Source: Sphagnum compactum (taxonomy: Eukaryota). From it: 64,000 nucleotides of DNA. Below the pieces are notes generated by a model. The model saw nothing but the letters and a program-made list of their open reading frames with translations. It ran no database searches and was not told where the DNA came from. Below, in pieces: positions 44,284 through 57,278 of the stretch. Position 1 is the stretch's first letter. Every line of letters starts with the position of its first letter. The stretch covers positions 1,364,001-1,428,000 of the forward strand of contig OZ234493.1 in the NCBI GenBank assembly GCA_965153455.1, given 5' to 3'. The translations under genes were made by a program, and so were the position numbers.

Positions 44284-45727
44284 TCTTGTATGAAAGCTTT
44301 GCTTGGGATCTGTTAGGGAACAATGCAAACAAAACACACTTTGTGGACTGCACAACACAACATGATGATAATTGTGTTATCAACTGTCATGTATAACAAG
44401 ACCCATCAACTTAAATTTCTCCAAAAATAAACCCCTTAATTTGAGTCTAATATTTCTCTCTGGTTTCTGTGCAGAGGAATTACCAAAATGTCTTCCAGTC
44501 GCAAGTCTTTTCCAAAAAATTCTCTCTAAATGCAGAAAGCGCAATCAAAGAGTAAACTATGCATCAAATTAGCAGGGAATGAGGCACACAACCTAGGCAT
44601 AATAATCAAGCAGGAATACTACCTTCATGATACATTCTATAACAACTTTGGACTTTTACAACTTGAATCAAACAGAATAGAAGTTTGGGTAAGAGAATTC
44701 CTGTCTGATGGTCCAAAGACTTCAGACCAAAAACAAGTAACCGCCTAGTGAAAAGAACAAAAGAAAACTGAAAGATGGTGAGTACAAAAAAACAGTGACC
44801 TCAAAACTTGAAAGTAGGCTACAAAAAACAAAGACCTCAATACACATTTTTAAGGGAGCCGATTAGTAGTGACATAAGTGTCGTGAAAAGAATTTCCAAC
44901 GACCCTTCACTTTGCAACACCTCTGACATTTCGTGGCACCAAGTGAGTTCGGCCAATATCAAATATCAACCACTGTGGTGATGAGTTCACAGTACAACTC
45001 CACTAGTGCAAAGAATTGGTTCCTGATGCTGGCTAACTCAACAAATGTAAAAAACAATTGGCATTCTAAAAATGAACTTGTACCATATGGGAGAAAAATA
45101 AGGGAGAGAAGAAAATCAATGAAATTTTTTTTATGGACATCAGGAATTGTTCAAAAGCTTCCTCAAAAGGAATGCAAAAGTTCTTAGAATTTTATGTTCC
45201 AGGCTTCCACTCTAATTTGATGTGGAAAAGTAATGGCCATAGCAAGTACAGTAGACGGAATACAGAAATTCAAATATCCAAATTGTCCAAGAGACCACAA
45301 GTTAAAGCTAATTCTGCCAATCATGTGGTCTAACCTTCTCCCAGAAGCTATGGAATTGTGAGGCCATTCATAGAGTCAAGGAGGAGAGATAAAAAGGAGT
45401 TTTCAGTGACTTTGATGATACTTGGGCTATGAAATATGGCATCCTATGTCAAGACTAAGGCAACTCTTGCCCACAGAACTCTCCTCACCCTGTATGCAGG
45501 ATAGACTTCACCAGATGATACTACCCCACCCCCCTCACTAAGAAAAACGTCATCCTTAAGTCACCCTGCTGCATGGACTCACTGGGCAGAAGCACACAAT
45601 AGCCCAGTTCTGATGAAATATATGATATAGAGACAGCAAAACCTCCCATCCCTATCTTGTCTGCATGAGAAGGCAAGCTCTCAATGGGTTACTACAGATA
45701 TCACTTCTGCAAAGATTTATACAACCT

Positions 45728-48457
<2,730 letters not shown>

Positions 48458-48679
48458 TGTATCTCCAGAAACGGAACTCCAAAAAAACAAACACACGCGC
48501 GCGCACACACAAAACCACAATACACAGCGCCCGCAAACTTCAAACACACAGAGACGCTTAGACTGGGTTGCAATTGAATTTTCTTCACTGTTTCTTAGCA
48601 GGAAAAAAAACCCTTCCAAGAAACACACCCAAAAAAACTCAGCACACAAAACATATGCTTGCTAGCCACGGCCTCTCGA

Positions 48680-48683
<4 letters not shown>

Positions 48684-48752
<69 letters not shown>
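48684..48752. repeat. Compound (GA)n(CA)n microsatellite 5' of PRMT10
   Basis: Read directly from the sequence. Confidence 0.9.
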
Positions 48753-48753
<1 letters not shown>

Positions 48754-48847
48754 GAAACTCGATAGCGGAAGCAACAACAAAGGAACGACGAAGTGCGCCG
48801 GAAACACAGAAAGAAGGAAAAACACGCACTCACACTTCAGAGACGCT

Positions 48848-48869
48848 TTTAGGGTTAGGGTTAGGGTTA
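48848..48869. promoter_or_regulatory. Short telomere-like tract TTTAGGG(TTAGGG)2TTA upstream of PRMT10 (telo-box-like)
   Basis: Read directly; ~390 bp upstream of the ATG. Confidence 0.5.
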
Positions 48870-49489
48870 CCATGCTCGTTTCTTACTGGACATTGGCCAA
48901 GATGTGATTTGAGCCGTTGGATCACAGGAGTCTTGCTCCGACCGGAACGTTCGGGTATGGCAGCCACAAATACAAGGAACCCGGAGGGTATCAGAAAAGT
49001 ACTCCTATACGGTCCACAGCCCTTTTTGTAACCTAGCGCAATTTACTAGGTACCCTCTCATCACGGAAAAATTAGGTTACCTACGGGTACCTAAAATAAC
49101 TGGAAGTTCCAGTTATTGGCCAATCATTGGCTTGATCATTTTTTTTTACTTTTTTTTTTCTTTTCAAAGAAATTTATCATTTCTAAACATGATGGGATCA
49201 ACAAATTAGTTTGTCAAAAAACAATGCAAAACTTGACACCCATCATTGAAAAAATTACTATACAAGTGCTTAAAATCCAAGTTTCAGCTATTGGCCAATG
49301 GGATAATAGGGTTAGCACTTAGGACATTAATCTTTTATTAAAGAAATTAGTGTGGCCCAATGGTTGGAACCTTTGAGTTTAAGTGGGAGATCTTTGTTAA
49401 GATCATTTTTTATTTTATTTTTAAAAATTGTCATCTGCATGTTTGTCCCATATAACTTCCATTTGGGAACATGTACAATCATTCTTAGG

Positions 49490-50210
49490 TTGTGTTCCCT
49501 TGTGAAATGCTTATCTCTATAGGAAAATGGCCGTGCTCCCCCAAAGAGGGATATGCTTGTGTTCCTTGTGTTGAGTAAGGAAATGGTTGTGTTCCAAGGG
49601 AGATGTTTGTGCTTTTTAGGGAAATAATTGTGTTCCCAAGGGAGATGCTTGTGGTCCCTAAGGAAAATGGTTGTGTTCCAAGGGAGATAGTTATGCTTTC
49701 TAAGGAAATAATTGTGTTCCCAAGGTAGATGCTTGTGGTCCCTAAGGAAATGGTTGTGTCTCAAGGAAGATATTTGTGCTTTCTAGGGAAATAATTGTGT
49801 TCCCTAGAGAGATGCTTGTGTTGCCTAGAGAAATGGTTTTGTATTCAAGGAAATGTTTTTGCTTCTTCGGGAGGGAACGTTTGTGCTCCTTGGGGAAATG
49901 GTTATGTTTCCAAGGAGATGTTTTTGCTTCTAGGGGTGGGAGATGCTTGTGCTCCTAAAGAAGATGTGTGTGTTCTCAAGGGAGATGTTTGTGCTCCCAT
50001 GAAATTAGTTGTGTTTCATGAGGTTATGTTTGCATTCTTTGAGGAAAGCGATGTTTTTGCTCCCCAAGGAAATGGTTATGTTGCTCTAGGAAATCTTTGT
50101 GTCCCCTTGGGGAGTGCTTTGTGTTCCTTGGGGAAATGCTTGTGTTCTTTGGAACATCTTTGTGTGTTTTAGAAACATGGTTGTGTTCCTTAGAACATGG
50201 TTATGTTGCC
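49490..50210. repeat. Degenerate ~21-bp minisatellite array (ggaaatggttgtgttcccaag-like) with an ~83-bp higher-order unit
   Basis: About 30 or more diverged monomers; a four-monomer block at ~49580-49662 is repeated at ~49664-49746. Confidence 0.85.
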
Positions 50211-50847
50211 CTAAAGAATGACCTTTCTTTGAGTTTTAGGAAAGGACAAAGGATTTTTAAACAAACAAAATGAGATTACACGTTTATCTTCTCCTTGAAA
50301 AACTTGACCCAACTTTTTCTTTTCCCCTTTGACACTTGACTAGAGAAGTGGGTCAAGTTGCACATTGAAAACATTTCAAGAACCGCATGCTTCCTTCAAT
50401 GGCTTCCACATGAACATCCAATGAAAAGTTCATATGAAAAACACATTGAAAAAAAAAATGTTTGTTAAAAAAAAACTTGAACTCAAAACCTTTTACTCAA
50501 AAAGGTGATTCTCAACCATTGATAATTAGGGTACATTCAAAAAATTAACAAAACATTTTTTAGTTTTGCATTTGTTTTATAATAATGTTGAACCTAATGC
50601 TGAATTTAATTCAATTTTCATGTTTAGGATCTACCCACTACCCATTGTCATTGGTAGTGGTATTAATTAGTTGGGGGAGGTGCATTCGAAATGTTTGTTT
50701 TTTAATGAAAAGGATGTTTAGCCTGTTCCCGTGCCAAAATTTGTTTTTATTAGGTAATCCACAATAGCTAAAATATCTTGTGATAATAAAAATATTCATT
50801 TTCAGGTAAATATAGATCGAACCTTTTATTCAGATTCAATCGACCAA

Positions 50848-51166
50848 TCTACTATATTAATTCATTACGTGTGTGCGTGCGTCTATTTGACACGACAATT
50901 CTGCTGCAATTCTATGGCAGAATCGGGCAATGCATTTTCTATGACAGGGCTTGGTAACGGGGCGGGGGGGGCCAGCACGGGGCGGGAAGTTAATTATATA
51001 TAACAGGGGAACGGGGGGGAGGGGGGGGATCAACGGGTTAAAGAATCGGAGTGGAAAATGCGAAGGAGGGGGGGGGGGTCGATGAGGTAAAGAACTGGAG
51101 TGGGCAATGGGAAGGACCGGGCGGGGGGCAGCTCGACAGGTGCATTATGCACCGGGTTCACACTAG
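50848..51166 (+). mobile_element. Non-autonomous Helitron (~319 bp)
   Basis: The 5' end reads A|TCTACTATATTAA. The 3' end has the subterminal hairpin GGTGCA-TTA-TGCACC (51139-51153) and terminal CTAG|T. The element sits between A and T with no target-site duplication, which is the canonical Helitron structure. Confidence 0.75.
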
Positions 51167-51699
51167 TTCTTTTTATTTCACATCTTTGTTGAATTTTTTT
51201 TTATGCAATTTTTTACGTATAGATTCAGAAAATGTGAGATCTTCACCTATGCAATATAGTTGTTTATAAATTCTATTACAGTATTTTCAATGGACTAAGG
51301 ATGAACCCACCTAAAATAAAAAATTGTATAACTTTTCCTTTTCTTTAGTTATATTGTTTAACGGTTGAAATTTGGGCAAAAAATATGGGATAAAGTGTGA
51401 TGCTATTTGGAATAGATTGGGGAACATATTGGAAACCATTGAAAACCTTGTGAGAACAACATGGGAACTCCAAAAATAAAATAAAAATCTTTCTCTACTT
51501 TCCTAATTGTGCATGTTGATTTTTTTGTCGATTGTATGAAATTTATATTTGTCCCCATTTTTGGCTTCATGTAATCATGTCAATGGATCATTTTTGTGTT
51601 CAATACACACAAAAACATGAGGTTAAAAAAATATGACTTTACAATCCTAATGATGTGGGATGTGACCAATTACAAAATGCAAAAATCCAACAAATGTTC

Positions 51700-53000
51700 A
51701 AAGATAAAAAATGACATAAAATTGGCCCATTCACCAACCATTAGGTTCTTTCACATCCAATCCTTTATAAAGGTTGCAAGTCCTCCAAGATCACTTTTCC
51801 AACAATTCTTCATGCCTAAGTATGGTTTGCCATCACAACCTATGCACTTTATATACATATCTTGTTATATTATCTTAAAGAGGTTAGAGATTTCCTTTTG
51901 ATTGCATGAGGCCCAAAATGAGCGCAAGGCATTTCATCTTAGAGTTGTCATCTTGCTCTAGTGACCTTGCTAAAACCCTAGCCATTGGAGCATGCATAGG
52001 CCCATTAGTCATCATCCAAAGATGCAAGAAAAATCTAATGTGAAATAATGCATCTTAAGTTAAATCGTACACATGCTCATTTCCAATCACTCTATAATCT
52101 TTGGTGGCATCAAAATTTTCACTACACACACGTGATAATGCATGAAAACTTAATGCGTGTATTTTAAAAGAACATCACTTGTACCCCACTTTTGGTAGTA
52201 TAAACTTGCAACTTCCTCATTTTCCTTCTTGTCTTTGAAAGCATTCCTAACTTGGTGCAAAGGTTTTGTGCAAAGGACAATGCAAAAGTCATGTCCTTTT
52301 TTATTGTAAACTACATCCTCAAATTTCACATGCCAAAATACCTTTTTTAAGGGCAAATGCCAAAATAAAATGTTTTAGGTATGTCAAATAGATGTTTATG
52401 CAAGAATGCCATGACCTCTTTGACATTTTGTAATTTCTCCCCATGAACATTGAGTTGCTCTCTCTACAAAACCTTTTGTGCTAGCCCTTGCCCCATCATG
52501 CGAACCCTTGCCATGCCCATTTCCAAAAAAAGACCATAACATCTTACAACCGCTAATAAGATTAAAGTATTTAGTATCTACTTACAAAAAATTGGGGTTT
52601 TGAATTTCTAAACTAGGAGGTGCAACCATCTAACCAAACAATATGCCATTGTGGCACATACCCACCATCAATCATCTGGTCTCAATGTTGTTTGGACAAA
52701 ATTTGAGTCATATTTTTTGTCTTCAAAAACATAAAAATGATATTCAATAGGTATGTATGAATCATCATCATACGGGCTTGCATTTTGATTATGTTGAAAA
52801 GTAATATGGACAAGAATATTAACCTAATATTTATGCCACAACATTGATTGCACCTCATTTTGGATTTCAAAATTATAATTTTTAATGAAATCAACAATTC
52901 AAACCACATTGCCAACAAAAAAAGACTTTATACATGTTTTAAATTGCTTGTCCTACCACTAAACTTTCAATTTCCATTCTTATTTCTTCAACCCCATTTT
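51700..53000 (-). mobile_element. Decayed DDE/DDD transposase relic with Sola2-like motifs (boundaries approximate)
   Basis: Minus-strand conceptual translation, with stops and frameshifts: W*DKQFKTCIKSF..IVDFIKNYNFEIQNEVQSMLWH..VNILVHI..YHFYVFEDKKYDSNFVQ..HIVWLDGCTS*FRNSK..MLWSFFGNGHGKGSHDGA..VFWHVK. This is the DFxENY / WxDGC / HGKGxxDG arrangement. Confidence 0.65.
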
Positions 53001-55394
53001 CAATGTCAAAAATAAAAACTACAAAATTGTCAGCCTTATGTGGTTTAATTGTCGAAAATGAAAATCTAGTATATTATATTTGGGATTTTCCCCTATCTCC
53101 ATCAATATAGCTCTTCGATTTGCTAAATTATGAGAATAATTTCTTTTCTTATAGAAGAACATGTAAGTCGAAATTTTGCGTCTTGTAACAATTTTCTTTC
53201 TTTGAATTCTTTTTCCATACTAAACATAAATTGATCTAGTTTGTGAAGAACTATGTTACATAAGAGTGGAATTAAAAAGCTATCTTAGAAGTCCCCAAAT
53301 GCGTGCAAAATAATCATTACTTTTCAGATCAAAATAACCTATTTTCATGGTTAATAATAAATTATACTGTTGGTTAACATTTTATCATAGCCCTCAGCCT
53401 TTTCATGATGATGGGGCATGCTATCCTATTGACGCACTTGAATATGTCATCTTGAATTACCCCCAAATGGTTATTGCCTTTCAAATAGATAGATTGCAGT
53501 GTTGAATAACGCAATTTATTTAGACCAAACTCTTTTCAACATTTGTGAAGGTGCAAAAAAATCTTGATCCTGATTATGGCACTCAAGGCAAATCAACTAA
53601 GCAATTTAATGCTCACCTACCCATTTTGACCCATTTTGGACCTTCAATGGGCAAATCCATCCCCTTTTTAAGGTATTTTATGGATAACTTTAATGCTTGA
53701 AAAATATGACATGGTTTTGGTAGAAATTTGAATTTGGGGTATTTTTTCATGTTGCTTAACCATGTTCTAATTGGTAAACTTTTGATGCATATAAATTAAA
53801 TGAAGGCCATTATTCTTCATGATTCCAAGTTGTGCTAAAGTTGCCTAAAAATGACCAATGTGTTTGCTTAAATCGTTCAATAATTATTGAATGAAGTTTT
53901 TTGATCATATTCATTATGGGGTCTTTATTTCTTAAATAAAATCATGACTAGGTAATTGTTTTTAAACATGTTATTAAAGAAAAGGGCAAACCAAAGCCTT
54001 GTCCTTCTTCCCCACTCCAAATTGTTAAGATTTCGTTGAAGATGTTCATAAAGGAAGTTATGTTTCCTCAAGTTTGTCAATCAATTTGGTGGTAAAAGAT
54101 TTTTTTAGTCTTGGTTTAACAGTGAAAAACAAAAACGCAAAAAATGTTCCCTAATTTTTAACAAGAAAGAGAAATAGCGATGTGAGAACTTTGAGGTGGA
54201 ACTAGCACAAGGTGCCTTGTGTTCATCTCTTGATCACATCCAATTACACAAACCAAACAAAAAAGGTGATTAGTGCATTTGAAGCCAATTAAGGTTCATG
54301 AGCACAAAGGTTTACAATAAAAATGTATTATATTATTATGCCTTGGCAAGCACAATGAATTAAGTTTAAGCCTCTTTTGTTATAATTTGTCATAGCTCTT
54401 GTGCATGTTGGGAAATTTTCAATGTGACAATTTCATGCAAACGACATCTATCTGATATTCAAATAAACATTAATGTTTTATAATGACTTGCAAATATTGA
54501 TGGAGTTTTAACCATAATTGTTAATGTATCCATGTGACAAATGTTAAGCGTTTACTACAAGATAATTAGTTTTTGTAGTTTGCCACTTGTGGTTGGAGTC
54601 TTGGGTAGTGTGAACATGATTTTAACTTTTTTATGTTTGGGGAGGAGGGATTTATTTTAAAAGTGTGTTCTAAAATTTCATTTTTCATGGTTTGAATTTG
54701 TGTTCATGTTTTCATGTGTGTGACTTTGTTAGATTCGATAATGTTGGGCATCGATTTAGCAGTGCATGATACAACATTAATAACTCAATTGTGTTAATCA
54801 ATTTGACCATGTTACCCAAAATGATGAAGTTATTCATAGTTGAACTCACATGCACCTTGGAGGATGGAAATTTTTTTGCAAAATTGTATAAAAGAGTTAT
54901 CCCAATTTGTAGCATGTATTAAAAGATCTACACTAGTAATGAAGAAAGACCTCTAGCCCATAATCTCATTTGTGAAGTTGTTACAATTGCAAGTGGGTTT
55001 GATGCGCAATTGAATACACACTCAAAAGCACACATATCTAAATTATAAATTATTTTCTAGTTTGGGGACAATCTTTTTTTTGGTGCGAAATTTCACATTA
55101 ATGGGAAAAATTGGACATTTTTTTATTACAAATTCGATGACTTTTTTGAAAATTCTAAATTTCAAACTGAAAATCCAAAAAAAATCACCTTATTTCTATA
55201 CATGGTTCAAATATGTAGCAAAAAAGAAGAAGAAAGGATGTTTAAGATGTTTTTTCCTTTCATATTTTTATAATTAGCCAAATTTGGGCTAAATCAACTT
55301 ACAAATGATTACCACATTGGCTAAATCACAAAATTGAAAAAGAAATCACTACTTGAAGGCAATGTTCTTTTTAAAAACATTTGAGAAGTTGCTA

Positions 55395-55632
55395 AAGTGG
55401 TGATCAATAAGAACATTTAGCCAAAATTTGGTGAGATTCTTAACATGAAAGTAGAGAAATCTTAAGCTCCTTTTCATGTTGTAGGCAATTGTGGTGATTT
55501 TTTTTTGGCGATTTTTAATAAGAAATTTTTTTGTGGCCTTTTTATATTTATTTTCTCAAAAAAAGGGAATTTTGACAGAATATTCCTTTTCCAAAATATT
55601 TATGGCTAAATGAAGAAAATATGCCACAAAAA
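55395..55632 (+). repeat. Dispersed repeat, copy 2 (similar to 38058-38296)
   Basis: Same collinear blocks as copy 1, in the same orientation. Confidence 0.7.
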
Positions 55633-56693
55633 AAAACAAAAAAAAAATCTTGGGGTCCGATTTCTTAGAATTTTAATTTAATTTAATTTTTTTGGCTTTT
55701 CATGAAATTCCACGTTTTCATTGGAAATGTGCAAAACATGGTTTTTAGTAGGTAGGTAGAGCAGAACACGTGGAGGCTAGAGTAGGTACCTACAGCTTTG
55801 TAGGCTGAAGGGCGGAGATACCTACTATTCTAGGTATCTACTGACCGTTGCAGCCACGGAGGTTCCAGGGGACGAAGCTCTCTGGCTATGGCGGAAGATG
55901 CTCCGTCTTTCTTCCCATTTCTGTGATTTGTTTTGGAGCTTTCTTTGTGGCGCTGGGGGATTATTCGCAACGAAAATCGACTTGTGATTTTCCCTCTTTT
56001 TTCTCGATTTTTTTGGTTTTTTTTTTTTTTTTTGGCCCTTTTCGTTTTTGCTGCTGCTGCTGCGGGTTGTTTGTGCGTTGAAGGCGTTGTTTTTGTTTCC
56101 TTGCTTGTTTGTTCTGAGTCCTTCCTTGCTCGATGATGGCGGAGTATGCAACTGCCTCAATAAATCTGCTGTTACAGTAATTGTTGTTGTTGCTGTTGTT
56201 GTTATTTTTGTTTTTGTTTTTTTCTCTGGCTTTGTTTCCATGCCGTTGCTTGTTGTAATTCTGTGGTCGTAGAGCAGCGTTTTCTTGCTTTTGTGGCTCT
56301 GCCTTTTTTCCTTCTCGTCTATGTTACTTCGAACGCGATGCGGAGCAGGCGTTCTAGAGATCGGCGTTCTAGAGATCAGATGTAGTAAAACAATTCGGAG
56401 CTTTTGAAGTCGTGTAGGGAATGTGACGTTAGTCTGCGGATTTCCAGAGTCAAGACGTTGCAGCGAGGAGGAAGGAACGAAGAGGTGAGGAAGAAGAGCC
56501 GGGAAGGTCACACCGACTGGTAGAATTTCCGATTTGTCCAGAATTGACGGAAGATTTTTGAACGAGAGCCTTGCTGTTTTTTCTCTGTTGTTGCGAAGAC
56601 TGGGCGTGCTGTGCGGGGGACGACGAGTGACAGGAAAAGCTTTTGGCTGCTTTTTTGCTCGATCGTCGTATTGCCCTTTCTTGAAGACGAAGG

Positions 56694-57278
56694 ATGTCAA
56701 TGAAACCTGATGATCAGGAAGAAGTCTTCCAGGATCCATGTGCTTTTCAATCTTTTAAACGCCGAGCACAGCACTCTTGGCAACAGACGAAGGAGGACAA
56801 TCTTCACGACAGGATTGAGTTGAACATAGGTGGCCAACGCTTCGAGACAACCAAGGATACTCTTTGTAAAGGCAGCGAGATGCTCGCAGCTTGGCTCAAT
56901 CGCTTTTACTCTAGCAACGGAGTGATTTGGATAGATCGGGATGGGGACAGATTCGCACACATCCTCAACTATCTTCGAAATGGAACGGTTTGGCTAGACG
57001 ATGTCCCGTCCCTGCGAGGACTCCAAGAAGAGGCGCTTTATTTCGGTATTGCGAGTTTGCAGAGACAATGCGAGGAAATGATTCAAGCTATAGAAGCGAA
57101 GGAAGAGGAGAAAGCGTCAAAGCGCTCCCATGAGCTCCGCAGTGCACTCAGAGAGGTCCTGGAGAATGCCAACTTTACTGTCACTTGTCCGCAGAAAGGA
57201 AAGGTGCTTTCTCTCACAAGAGGTACACCGTTGACATGGACACATGAGCATGTATTCCAGACAGACCTAGACTTTTAG
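56694..57278 (+). CDS. Small BTB/POZ protein of the KCTD / K+-channel tetramerisation (BTB_2) type, 194 aa, uninterrupted ORF (a short upstream coding exon is possible)
   Basis: IELNIGGQRFETTKDTL, IWIDRDGDRFAHILNYLRNG and LQEEALYFGIASL are textbook T1/KCTD BTB signatures. A charged helix and a C-terminal FQTDLDF follow. Confidence 0.88.
   Translation: MSMKPDDQEEVFQDPCAFQSFKRRAQHSWQQTKEDNLHDRIELNIGGQRFETTKDTLCKGSEMLAAWLNRFYSSNGVIWIDRDGDRFAHILNYLRNGTVWLDDVPSLRGLQEEALYFGIASLQRQCEEMIQAIEAKEEEKASKRSHELRSALREVLENANFTVTCPQKGKVLSLTRGTPLTWTHEHVFQTDLDF

Noticed and set aside
49327..50172. ORFs of 125-145 aa with repeated peptides
   Set aside because: They are translations of the 21-bp minisatellite.
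55825..56739. 304-aa minus-strand ORF
   Set aside because: It is antisense to the T-rich leader of the BTB gene, giving a Lys/Thr/Asn low-complexity product with no domain. It is likely a compositional artefact, although antisense transcription cannot be excluded.
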